Source: Octopus vulgaris
Taxonomy: Eukaryota
Length of the DNA: 64,000 nucleotides
NCBI GenBank assembly: GCA_951406725.2
Contig: OX597825.1
Coordinates: 29,574,001 to 29,638,000, forward strand
Direction: 5' to 3'
Positions 38,624 to 50,985 of this stretch are shown here, piece after piece. How positions within the stretch are numbered: the first letter of the stretch is position 1; every line of letters begins with the position of its first letter. Position numbers and translations under genes: made by a program. The notes under the pieces are model-generated. The model saw only the letters and a program-made list of their open reading frames with translations. It was not told the DNA's origin and ran no database searches.

Positions 38624-39704
38624 TGCACTTGACAGTGAAAGGTACCCAAACAGCAGAACTGGGTACCACTGCATAGTGCCAAAGATCTCAATGTTGCCAT
38701 CAAGATATAGGACCAGATACTGTAACAGTTTGGGCTTCAAGGGCTCACAGCTCTTCAAGATCTTCTTAAAAATCCTGTGAGACCTATGTGAGATGGAAGA
38801 TGTGAGTATATCAGAAGAAAGTTGCCCTGTGTACCATGAAGTGGGACTGAACCCAAAACCACATAGTTGGTAAGCAAACATCTTAACCTCACAGCCATGC
38901 CTTTACCTACCAGATGAAACTTCTAGCTATAGAAATACATACACTTACTCCCACACACACATAAATACACATACACATACATGTATGTTCCTTCTCTTCT
39001 TTTATTGCCGTTATTTTTAAATATTACTTGTCTAATCCATCATTTTCTTTCTAAGATAACTATTGTATTTTAGAGAATTCCTGTGTTTTATGAAGTTTGG
39101 TTTTTTTGCTTATTTTGTTTTATTTGTTTATTATTAATTTAATTTTTTTTTTTTGCCTCTCTTTATTTCTCCCTAAAGTGAAATAACGAAATAGATAAAT
39201 AGATTAATGTGACAAGATTCCCTCAATGGTTCACTGGCTTTATCAGTATGTGGCCTGATGGTATTCTGTAATGAGAACAGCAGCAGAATTCTCAGACAGT
39301 GCTCTTCAACTTTCTCTCCTTTACCCATTCCTTCCACACACCATAACTATTTAAAGATGGGACCCAGTAGTTGGGGAGGTAATGAGCAATGCAGTGATGT
39401 CACACAAATTACTAATTTAAGAAATAATTAGAACTAATCCGCCGATAAAACTAGCTTCAAGATAACTGGGGAGTCTTTAAGCTGTACTTCTCTGTGTGAA
39501 TGTGTCTGAATGTGATTGTATGTGTGTTGTATGAATCTTGATATTGAGGTTTTTAGCTTGACTGTGTTTATATCAAGCACACACTCACACTCAGGCATAT
39601 GCGCACACTCAAACACATGTGTACATACACACACGAATGTCCATAATACATCCACAAACTTATGAGTGTCCAGAGAATATCGAATATCCTGCAACACACA
39701 CGGA

Positions 39705-39738
39705 TATGTGCATATATATGTATATATATATATATGTG

Positions 39739-39792
<54 letters not shown>

Positions 39793-40365
39793 CACACGTA
39801 CATATGTATATATACATATATATATGTATGTAGACAGATATATTTATCTGTCTCTATATATACACACACATATATACATACATACATATATATTCATACA
39901 TATATATATATACATATACATATACACAAAAATATCTATTTCTCTATATATAGACATACAGGTATATATATGTATTTATGTATGTATGTGTGTGTGTGTG
40001 TGTGTGTGTGTATACACACAAATACACATATGTGAATACAACTGGAAAAGCATCTTTATATATATATTCGTATGTATTCATAAATATGATGCACTGTGTG
40101 CTATGTGTGTGTATAAATACAAAGCTACATACATACATACAAACATACACACACACACATGCATACATATACATACAAGCATGTATATATACATATCTAT
40201 ATCTGTCTATCTGTCTATATATATATATATATAAATATGTGTGTGTATATATATATATGCATACACACACACTTATATGTGTGTATATGCATAAACACAC
40301 TCACTCATATGTATATGTGTGTGTGTGTGTGTACATTTGATGCTTTATACACACACACACACACA
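39705..40365. repeat. Compound (TA)n/(CA)n/(TG)n microsatellite
   Basis: Direct inspection. Confidence 0.9.
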
Positions 40366-41123
40366 CGTGCTCACAACGATACTAAGCCATCACATTGATC
40401 TTAACAGATCCACCAATCTTAACTTATGTTTATGCTTATTTAATTAGTATCTAGTAAAGCTAATTTCCTTAGATCAACTGCTATTTTGGTTTATATCTCT
40501 ATGGATCTGTTGAACCAATATTATCGAATTCCAACAAAACAATGGGTTTTCAACTGTTTGTTTTTGTTTCCAACATACCCTGTGCCAACACCACACATTC
40601 TGTTACACATTGAATTCTTCGTTATTGTTATCGTTTGTCCTTTTGGGTCGTTTTTTTTTTTCTTTTTGTTTTGTTTCATTTTGTTTGTTTTTTTTGGGGT
40701 TTCTTTTTTAGATATATCTATACCTTACTCGCATATATATGCAGCCACCACATATTTTCTGGCCCCTTCACCACTGCTTGCTTTTATTTTAAACAACTCT
40801 CCACTGAAGGCAATAATTCAGATCAACGGTTCACAGAGTGAGGTACTGATAAGATGTATTGTCTTCTTATTTATGCTTTCCGTTTTTTTTGTTTTTTTTT
40901 TAAAGCACGTATGTGTATTTGCATATGCGTGAATACATATATTTGAATGCGTATGTGAGTGTGTGTAGGGGGTGGGCATGTAGACATTCTTCATCAGTTT
41001 TAACAAAACCTTAGTATAAATATTTGTGTACAAATATATACTCACATATTTGTATAAATATATTTTATGCATATGTTCAAGTTCATTTTTTATTATATGT
41101 ATATATAATGTTTGTCTGTATAT

Positions 41124-41154
<31 letters not shown>

Positions 41155-41208
41155 ATGTATTGTGGCCTTTAAATAAATAACACACACACACATATATATG
41201 TACACACA

Positions 41209-41285
<77 letters not shown>

Positions 41286-41510
41286 GAGAGGGAGAGTGAA
41301 AGGATGTGAGAATCCTCTCTCTGACCCACCTTTATTGCTGGTCAGTTGTTGGTTTTGTTGTATGTGGGTCTGTCAGCATATACATGTATAACTGCAAACA
41401 AGCATGAATAACTACTTGCAGACTTGAATGCAAGCAAAAATATTTGTTTTTCCAATCTCTTTTATATCTCTGTATGTGTCTATGATGCTTTGGTGTGCAT
41501 AGATACACAT

Positions 41511-41812
41511 CTTTGTTCCTTCTCGAGCCACACCTGGCTCATAAGGGCCAGTTTCCCGGTTTCCTTGGCGTATAGGTTCCCCCACCTGGACAGGACGCTG
41601 GTCCATCACAGGTGAGCTTCAAGATGCAGGAGGAAAGAGTGAGAGAAAGTTGTGGCAAAAGAGTCAGCAGAAGTTCGCCATTATCTTCTGCCAGAGCCAT
41701 GTGGAGCTTAGGTGTTTCGTTCATAAACACACACATCACTCGGTCTGAGATTTGAGCCTGCGATCCCTCGATCGCGAGTCTGCTGCTCTAACCACTAGGC
41801 CATGTGCCTCCA
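41511..41812 (-). mobile_element. SINE family B2 variant, full length, 15-bp TSD
   Basis: Minus head tggaggcacatggcctagtggttagagcagcagactcgcgatcg; TSD tgcatagatacacat at 41496-41510 and 41813-41827. Confidence 0.9.
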
Positions 41813-41874
41813 TGCATAGATACACATGCAAACAAGTGATTTTTTATCCACTGTCCTTTTAGTGTTTGTGGACA

Positions 41875-42095
41875 GGTGTGGCTGTAGGGGTTACGGTGCT
41901 GGTCTCATAATCAAAGTCTTGTTTTTCATTCCCAGACTGAGTGATGTGTTATGTTCTTGAGCAAAATACTTCATTTCCCATCACCCCTGTCCACTCAGCT
42001 GACAAAGACGAGTAATCATGCGATGAAATCAGCATCTCATCTGGTTGGTTGAGGCACAGGCACCACAGAATCTGGGAACCTGGTCTTATGATCCT
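41875..42095 (+). mobile_element. SINE family B1, degraded
   Basis: ttcttgagcaaaatacttcatttccc..tccactcagctgacaaagacgagtaatcatgcgatg. Confidence 0.7.
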
Positions 42096-42713
42096 ATGGC
42101 TTGGAAGAATCTTTGGTCCTTTGTTGGCCCAAACACAATCCCTTATTCCTTCAACCTATATAAATGCCTACCACTGGGTTGCACCTTGCATACTGTCACT
42201 TTCTCTTTCTCTCTCTTACTTTCTCTTTTCTTTTTCTTCTTTCCTTTCTTTCTCTATTTCTTTCATTCTATCGCTTTCCCTCTGTCTATTCCTTCCCTCT
42301 GTTCCTTTCTCATTTCTAGCCCTACTCAAAGTTATATTTATATATGTTTACATGGCTGCAATTGACAGCCTTTTTCTCTCTTCCTTGACTCACCCTGTTT
42401 CCTCTGCAGACTCCAGTCAAAAGCTAGCTTGTAAATTCAGAAATTCATTTGCCCCTGTGTCTTCCCAACTTTGCATTCCTCAAAATGGAGTGTCTGTATA
42501 TATATTATCTGTCTGAGGGACTGGTTACACATCAGAGAAACTTCAACCTCACGGGCCATTGGATCAACTCAAATAACCCGAATAAGTTATGCATATGTTC
42601 TTGTAGATTCAATGAGTGCATGGCTGTATATTTGTAGACACACTCACACTCATGCACACACAAATACACGCATGCATGTATGCACATATATACTTATACA
42701 TGCACACAAACAT

Positions 42714-42769
<56 letters not shown>

Positions 42770-42904
42770 GGACAAATGAAAATAAAGAGGCATTCAATAC
42801 ATTTGGTCAGAACAACATCTACTATCATATATCATTAAATAACAGCCAAATCAAACAATTTTTTCTTTTGTTTACGAAATTACTTGACAAGACATTTCCT
42901 CCTT

Positions 42905-43250
42905 TCAGTTGTGGAGAGGTTATGTAACTCTGGCCATTTGACTCATCAATACAGCTAAGTGTTTCATACGTATGAAACCAATGGTCAGTCTATGACCAGC
43001 CAAGCAAAGAACTTCCTACTGATGTATAAGGTATCCAAATCTGAACGGAGGCCTCAAAAGACATTTTAAGATCCACAAAGATCAGAACTTGACTGCAGCT
43101 CTTGGTGGTACAAATCAGATATGCAATCCATATGGGTGTCTTTTCAAAACATTGTCTGGTTTAAGAAGCCACATCAGATGCCATGATTGATCTAAGGTGT
43201 AGGTACAGGAGGTGGTCAGATTCTGCATAAGGAATAGATAACCACCACAT
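42905..43250 (+). pseudogene. Decayed tandem C2H2 zinc-finger-like coding remnant, probably the 3' end of an RTE-type LINE
   Basis: Frame 43050-43190 reads GLKRHFKIHKDQNLTAALGGTNQICNPYGCLFKTLSGLRSHIRCHD*; short UTR, then a (TG)n tail. Confidence 0.45.
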
Positions 43251-43273
43251 GTGTGTGTGTATCAATGTCTCTT

Positions 43274-43306
<33 letters not shown>

Positions 43307-43632
43307 CTCGCCTTACTCGCACTTGTGTCGGTGGCATGTGAACTAAACATTCAAGCGAGGTCGTTGCCAGTGCCACTGGACTGACTCCTGTGCAGGAGGC
43401 ACGTAAAAAACACCGTTTTCGAGCATGGCCATTGCCAGTACCACCAGACTGGTCATTGTGCTGGTGACACGTAAAAGCACCCACTACACTCTCGGAGTGG
43501 TTGGCGTTAGGAAGGGCATCCAGCTGTAGAAACTCTGCCAGATCAGATTGGAGCTTTGCCAGTCCTCAGTCAAATCGTCCAACCCATGCTAACATGGAAA
43601 GCGGACGTTAAACGATGATGATGATGATGATG
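43307..43632 (+). mobile_element. Family D copy with three diverged internal modules
   Basis: Modules end in variants of ggtggcacgtaaaaacacc; then cccactacactctcggagtggttggcgttaggaagggcatccag..aagcggacgttaaacgatgatg. Confidence 0.9.
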
Positions 43633-44046
43633 ATAGAGAGAGAGGGGAAAGAGAGCAAGAAAGAGAGAATTAGTATAGGTTATATATATAAATACATACA
43701 TGCACATGTGTATGTGTAATCTGCTTAACTTCTGTCCAGGGTCTGTAAAATACAGCACCAGTGAAGAACTAGGTTCCAGCTAATCAACCGACACTAGTGT
43801 TACCCAAGTGTCTTCATGCAATAAACTGCAATGAAGAATATTCTGAAAGAATTATGTTAGCATTAATAGTACTTTAAACCCTAACAAGGATGTGAATCCC
43901 ATTGATGAAAATATTCCTGTGGAAGAACAAAATTCCAAACCAGCCGATATTTTATTTGCATTGGAAACATAATGACGCAACAACGGCATTCTACAATTAA
44001 CAGGATATGTTCTGTTTTCATGATTTGTATCTAATGCAATTCAACT

Positions 44047-44124
44047 GAAGAAGAAGAAGAAGAAGAAGAAGAAGAAGAAGAAGAAGAAGAAGAAGAAGAA
44101 GAAGAAGAAGAAGAAGACGAAGAC
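44047..44124. repeat. (GAA)n microsatellite, 23 pure units
   Basis: Direct inspection. Confidence 0.95.
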
Positions 44125-44402
44125 ATGTATTGTAGAAGGCAGCAACATATGTATACTGCAAATTGACTAGATGTAAACATATTTAGCGTCGGTGAATAGG
44201 AAGTCTAGAAAATCTGATCAGCCACCATAAAACCATGATTTTGATTCTTATTTAGATCAATCATTATTGTACCATAACCAAAGTCTCATACTCTTTTATT
44301 TATGCTTGAATGCTTTATAGATTTACATTTAGAAAATTATTTCTTTCTGAAAATTTATTCATGTGTGTATATATGTGTATACATATATATATATACATAC
44401 AT

Positions 44403-44481
<79 letters not shown>

Positions 44482-44857
44482 CACATATATATATTTGTAT
44501 GGAGACATGCTTACACACCCATACATATACCTTGCACACACTCACACACACATACATGCACACATACATACAAATATGCAGACATACTTATGTATAAAGT
44601 TCTCAAGATATAAGACTTCTTGCAGAAGAAGAAGCATTTTAGGCCCTTTTACAGAATATCCATGTTATGCAGATGCACAAGGGCAGAGACATGGCTGTGC
44701 TGTTAGGAAGGTTGCTCCTTAATAGTATGGTTTGGGGTTCAGTCCCACTGTTAAGCACCATAAGTAAGTTTTTTTTCCTCAGCCTCAAGCAAACCAATGA
44801 CTTGCAAAGGAATTAGGTAGATGGAAACTGCAAGAAGCTCACCATATAGATACATAC

Positions 44858-45290
44858 ATAAGAAGCCTCAATATGGTAGAAGCCATAGCCACTCATAATA
44901 AAAAGGAATACTGGTGAAATGTCCCAGTGAAGACCTCAATAAAATGTAAGCACAACGGACCTGATATAATAATTTGGGATAGAGAAGAGAAACTGTGCTC
45001 AGTTGTGGAAATTAGCTGCCCAGTGGATGTTAACTTAAATCTGAAGATTAGTGAAAAAGAGAACACCTATGCTAAACTATTGAGAAATCTGCAATTACTC
45101 TATCCAGATTACAAGTTCAGGTTTATACCTGTAATTATTGGGGCCCTGGGATATGTAACACACTGCCTAAATACCAATCTTGAGAAATTAGGCTTCTCAA
45201 AACCAGAAAGGAGAAGACTAATTCAAAGACTACGGATTACTGGAACTGTAAAAATCTGTAATACTTTTCAGAAGTTTATCGTTTAAATAA
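44858..45290 (+). mobile_element. 3' fragment of an RLE-type non-LTR retrotransposon (R4/Dong-like), restriction-like endonuclease domain
   Basis: YW*NVPVKTSIKCKHNGPDIIIWDREEKLCSVVEISCP..KISEKENTYAKL..FIPVIIGALGYV fits the PD-(D/E)xK-type RLE; one in-frame stop at 44915; 5' junction follows tacatacata. Confidence 0.85.
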
Positions 45291-45304
45291 ATAATGATAA
45301 AACT

Positions 45305-45604
45305 TCGCCCTTTTCAAGCCTAGCCAGGCTCATGGGCCCGGTTTACCGGATTCTGTAGTGTATGTGTTCCCCCCAGCTGGACGGGACACCAAGTCCATCG
45401 CAGCGTTACTCAAGAAACAGGAAGAGAGAGTGAGAGAAAGTTGTAGTGGAAGAGTACAACAAGGGTTGCCACCACCCCAGAGGCTCGTGGAACTTTTAGG
45501 TGTTTTCCCTCAATAAACACACGCAACGCCCAGTCTGGGAATCGAAACTGTGATCCTCCGACCGCAAGTCCACTGCCCTAAACACTGGGCCATTATGCCT
45601 CCAC
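45305..45604 (-). mobile_element. SINE family B2
   Basis: Closely matches 50358-50675; shares its 3' tail with B1 (tcaagcctagccaggctcatgggcc). Confidence 0.9.
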
Positions 45605-46552
45605 TGTTACATAAATGAATAAAAAAATATATATATAATCTCACATAACACATCTGCAGAGTGATTAAATCACAGTCATTAAATTAAGGACTGTTTTGCT
45701 ATTAACAATTAACTATAGTCTATGTGCTTAAAGTACAGCTAAAGTCATCCAATTTTTTTCGAAATTGTATATATTTTGAAGATATTCACCTCACATTGAG
45801 TCACCAAATAAATGAACCAGACAGAGCTTTGAATGAATTATTTAATAGTTTCAATGCTGTTTTTGATAATTAGTGATTCATTTCATAAATGAACTGGTTA
45901 ATGATATATTTCATAACCAGTCTTGTAGAAAATAATGTATCTTGTAAAACAAACATATATATCATTATCATTTTTTAATGTTTAATTGTCTGTGCTCTGC
46001 TTGAGTTGAACACCTTTGTACTATAGAATATTACCATTATCCACAATCCTGCATTGATTTATCTATGAAGCTTAATATTTTCACAATTAAATAACTCACA
46101 ATTTCCTCTCTGTCTTTCTTGGTGTCCCTTTCACTATCAATATTAAGAGTTTGATGTCACCAACGAATGAATGTAGATTGGTATCAAGTACCAAGCTTCT
46201 GCAAAATGGTTCATGTGCTTACGTTGTCACAAGTAGATATAAACACCTTCTTGCCTCTCACATCCTTTGACCCAGTGGTACATCCAAGATGTCATAGAAT
46301 GGGGGGCAGGGAGAAAGCAAGAGAGAGAAAGAAAGTGAGGCACCGAAAGTGAGAGAGAGAGACCAGTACTCGGCTGGTACTCATTTTCAGCTGAGTAGAT
46401 GATTAACAGCATGAAATGAAGAGACTTACTCAAGAGCACAACATGTGGTTTGATCCAGGAATTGAACTTATGACATTATGATGCACCCATATCATAAATA
46501 AACCTCTAGAATCAATATTTTCTTGTCCTATCATGTCACAAAAGACTGTTAC

Positions 46553-46763
46553 TCTTTTACTCCTTTACTTGTTTCAGTCATTTGACTGCGGCCATGCTGG
46601 AGCACCACCTTTAGTTGAGCAAATCGACTCTAGGACTTATTCTTTGTAAGCTTAGTACTTATTCTATTGGTCTCTCTTGCCGAACCACTAAGTTACGGGG
46701 ACGTAAACACACCAGCATCGGTTGTCAAGTGATGCTGTGGGGGACAAACACAGACACACAAAC

Positions 46764-46805
<42 letters not shown>

Positions 46806-46977
46806 GCATACATACATACATATGACAGGCTTCTTTCTTAGCGGTTCAGCAAAAGAGACCAATAGAATTAGTACTAGGCTTCCAAAAAATAAGTCCTGGG
46901 GTCGATCTGCTCAACTAAAGGTGGTGCTCCAGCATGGCCACAGTCAAATGACTGAAACAAGTAAAGAGTAAAAGAGA
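46553..46977. mobile_element. Two family-A 3' portions in inverted, tails-outward arrangement
   Basis: About 140-bp arms 46553-46693 and 46837-46977 (ttgtttcagtcatttgactgcggccatgctggagcaccacctttagttgagca against tgctcaactaaaggtggtgctccagcatggccacagtcaaatgactgaaacaa). Confidence 0.9.
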
Positions 46978-49789
46978 GGTCAACTTTGCTTCTCATCCTT
47001 TTTGGGGTCAATGAAATAAGAACTTGTTAAAAGCTGGGGTTGATACAATCAACTTGCTTTCTCTTAGGCCTTGTACTTCTTGTAGAAGGAATTATTTGTT
47101 AGGCATGTTCTAAGATTGAAACCCTTCTACACCAACACTCTATCAAGATAACTTGCTCTAGACACTGTTAGGGAAACCAGAAGCCTTCAATACTGCTTTC
47201 TCAAGCTCATTCAATAGAGATACATGAGATACAGTGAAATAATTCAGAAATCAAAACCAGGTTTCTGATAGATAACAGGAAATAAACACTTCTAGGTAAG
47301 TCCTTCATCAAAACATTAAAAATTTGAATATTGTATAATATCTACAAAGTGTTATTGAGTGGAATATGTTAACATTAACACTAGTAAAAACCTAGCGGAA
47401 GATGTAATCTATTGGAAGATCTTGTCAAGAGCTGTTCAGTAATAACATGTATTAATATAAATTTAAAGAGAGAGAAAAAGGAGAAAAAATATAAAAGCAA
47501 GCTGTCTTATATTATTTTCAAATCTTACACCATCATAGTTAACTAATAGCTTTTCCATTGATTCTAGAAGGCAAATCCTGATGGTGAGAATGTGTCGGTG
47601 CCAACGTTGTTGCTTTTGAAACATTCTTCCAACCTAAAACTCTACAGCAAGGAAGAATTTTTTTTAATTGTCAGTCAAGTGTGAAAATTCTGACAAAAAT
47701 TTTTGAATTGGATTTATGAATAATTATATTAAAAATAAAATAAAACTAGTAATAATTTAACAATTTATAGGTTTTTAATAGCTACTCTTTTTTTTTTCCT
47801 GATTTCTTTCTTTAGAATTATGGTAGGAATCTAAGAGTAGACTCTAATCTAAAATCAATAATTTTCTCTTTAGAAATTTTTGTAATTCTTTTAAGCTACA
47901 GTTTGACTTAATTTTGCCATTAATGTGCTTTATTTCATTCTTCTCTTACACTAATACACCCATTTCAATGAAAGTATTTAAAACTTTCCCCATCAGATCT
48001 AAAGCCTAAATGCTTGAAAAAAAAAAAATAATAATGAAAAAAAGAAAATGAACATGTAAAGCAAAAGTTCTTTTTGAGAGGAAACAAAAATTTCAAATTC
48101 TGTCATTTTCATTTTGGTTTGGAATTGAACAACTTTTTAAGGAAACCTGTTTATATTTAACATGTCTTTTACACTTAGGTTGATAAAAAATATATGTACA
48201 CACACACACACAAACACAGGTGCACACATATATATATATATTTGTGTGTGTGTATGTGGGTTTGTATATTTATAATGATGTAAATTAAAAGTCTCTCATG
48301 CTGTTAAAGAGGAAAAGAAGATTAAAAGAATGGTTGGCATGGGATCTTTTGAATATCTGCTGTTGAATAATTTAGTTTGTAAACAAAGAAGCAAAAATTT
48401 AGAAATTGGAAATTTAAGAATTTAAACTTCTTGGTAGGAACTTTAAGAATTTCAGCTGACATCAAAGAACTTTAATTAAAGTAATTATACTTCTTGCAAT
48501 TAGACTACCATCATGCAAATTTAGTTCTTTTGTGACAGTGCTGTGAAAACTACATTTGTTAAGCTTGTAATCATAGACTTTGGTTAGTAACTTTAACTAA
48601 TATTGTGAGAGTGAACAATCTTTAAGCTATGCAATGCATAATTATAGAGAAAACCATTATCTTGATTTTATAAGAAATTATCGTTCACTATATCATTTGT
48701 CATTTCAAAGAACTTTTGTATCAATGAAAATCAACCATGTAATTAAACAAAGTTTAGAAAATTATCTATTTGAGAAACTACATTGCAATCAGGAATTATA
48801 TCTATGTATTTTGGAAAATACTTCTTTTTCAAATTTTATGCAAAATCTATATATTGAATTCATCGTGAATATGTGCATGTGTGTGTGTGGGTGTGTGGGT
48901 GTGTGGGTGTGTGTGTGTGTGTGTGTGCATAAGACCAATTTTGCAAAGGTGGATGGCTTGATTTACTGGATCAACACCACTATATTACAGGTGTATATAA
49001 TCATTACATATGTTAAAGGTACCTAACTGGGAAAGAATAATTTCTCATCTCCATAAAAAGCAGTTTTTGTCTTATTAAAAAGTTTTCCTTAACACTGCTC
49101 TGGGCATAATCCATATATTTCTTTGGTAAATGCATTTTTACTCAATTGGACAGCATTGCTTAAATTGAAATGGAAAGCTAATCAAGATAAAATTTGAACT
49201 AGGTACTAGAGGTACTAGGTATGTTAACCTCATAGTTTCAACTTGGCAAATTAAAGCAAATTAATTTATGACTTAAACTAAACTATGTTAAATTAAATCG
49301 ATTTAATATATGACATACACAGGAGCTTCATAATCTTAGGGATGGATTGGAGAGATTTAAATTCATTATTTTTCAAAAGTAAATGAAAAACCTACAACCA
49401 ACTGAAAATATTGTTACGAACATCATATGTCAGATATCTAACTCTGAATAACATTGTATACCAGTTGTGTACTGTACACTCATCAGCTAACTGATATGCA
49501 TTTGGTAAGGTCAGAATTTAAGAGTCTACAGGCGTACACACATGAACATGAATATGTGTACATGTGTGCACATACATCAAAAGAAATCTAGAAATTTCAT
49601 TTGGATTCAATTACATTGCTTCGCTCATATTTTTAATGATGTTAGTTCATGCATGCTCTTCCTATTAAATATAGAGATATTGTAACTATAAAAAGTAATC
49701 ACTGCTTTTAATTCTTCTTTTAGTGAAATACCATAAAAGGAATTATGTTCTCGATATTATTGTTATTATAATATTATTTTATGGACTTT

Positions 49790-50340
49790 ATCTCCTTTTG
49801 GGAGACAAAGTCTACAGGTTTGGGAGTGCTGTTATCAAGGCCTGCATGAGATGTGAGCAGGGTGATGAAACCATTCTGCATGCACGTAGCTGAACATTAC
49901 TAACTTGAGGAGTTATGTAAAACAGTTATTTTAAATGTAGGACAGATCTGGTTATCAGCGAAACCTATTGAGCAGATTACACCGTTGCAATCCTTTGGCT
50001 AAGAAGTACAACCAGTTTTCCCACCTCTGGTGGCTATGACAGAAAAGGTTTTATAGTGGATCTGTTTAACCAAGCCCTCATCAATTTCTTCACATTTCAC
50101 TTGAGAAGAGAGGTGAGGGTAGAGGAAAGCAGTGCTGCCCTTAAATAAATTTCTCAAAGGTTAGTGTGAGTAGCAAGTGTGGACTGAATGAGTGGGCCTA
50201 TTCTAAATATATACTTAAAGGCTGGATAGCACAACTAGAAAAAGTCACAAGTCTTTGGTAGTCAAGGGTAATTTTAGATCTGAAGGGTTCCTTTATTGGT
50301 TGTTAGTGACTGTCCCCATGTGAAATTCAATTTCATTTCT
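49790..50340 (+). mobile_element. Decayed Tx1/L1-like LINE ORF2 C-terminus
   Basis: LLLGDKVYRFGSAVIKACMRCEQGDETILHA fits the CxxC..ETxxH zinc-knuckle of L1/Tx1 ORF2; many stops downstream; UTR-like sequence continues past the SINE to aataaa near 50787. Confidence 0.55.
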
Positions 50341-50357
50341 CATGTATACTGTCATTT

Positions 50358-50675
50358 TATTTATTTATTTATGTGCTGTTTTCAAGCCTAGCCAGGCTCA
50401 TGGGCCTGGTTTCCTGGTTTCTGTGGCATACATGTTCCCCCCAGCTGGACAGGATGCCAGTCCATCGCAGCATTACTCAAGAAACAGGAAGAGAGAGTGA
50501 GAGAAAGTTGGGGTGAAAGAGTAAAACAAGGGTCGCCGCCACCCCCTACCAGAGCCTTGTGGTGCTTTAGGTATTTTCACTCAATAAACATGCACAACGC
50601 CCAGTCTGGGAATTGAAACCACGATCCTCTGACCACAAGTCCGCCGCCCTAACCACTGGGTCATTGCACCTCCAC
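50358..50675 (-). mobile_element. SINE family B2, full length, 12-bp TSD
   Basis: Minus head gtggaggtgcaatgacccagtggttagggcggcggact; (TAAA)n tail; TSD atactgtcattt at 50346-50357 and 50676-50687. Confidence 0.92.
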
Positions 50676-50844
50676 ATACTGTCATTTACTATATCTATTC
50701 TCCTTTATTTGGTTCTGTCTAAATCCATACTAATTTTGTAATACATCTTCCTATCTAATATCATACTATCTGTATCCCTTGTGGCAAATAAAGAAATTGG
50801 ATTATAAAGCATCAAAAAACAAAAAAAAAACAATATTTCCTTTG

Positions 50845-50985
50845 GCACTTTACACTCTGAGTTCAAATACTGCTGAGGTCAACTTTGCCTTTCTCCCTTT
50901 GGTGGGGTCGATAAAATACAGCACTAGTCAAATAACCCTGCTCTAAAAAATTGCTGGCCTTGAGCATAAACGAGAAACCATTATT
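50845..50985 (+). mobile_element. SINE family C fragment
   Basis: ctgagttcaaatactgctgaggtcaactttgcctttctccctttggtggggtcgataaaat. Confidence 0.75.

Noticed and set aside
37654-38676. 340-aa ORF
   Set aside because: Runs through (CAT)n, antisense D- and A-family sequence and (CA)n; no domain; a chance read-through.
42935-42995. 18-bp palindrome gtttcatacgtatgaaac with adjacent GAAACCAATGGTC, hammerhead-like
   Set aside because: No CUGANGA box in the required position on either strand; lies within a decayed coding remnant.
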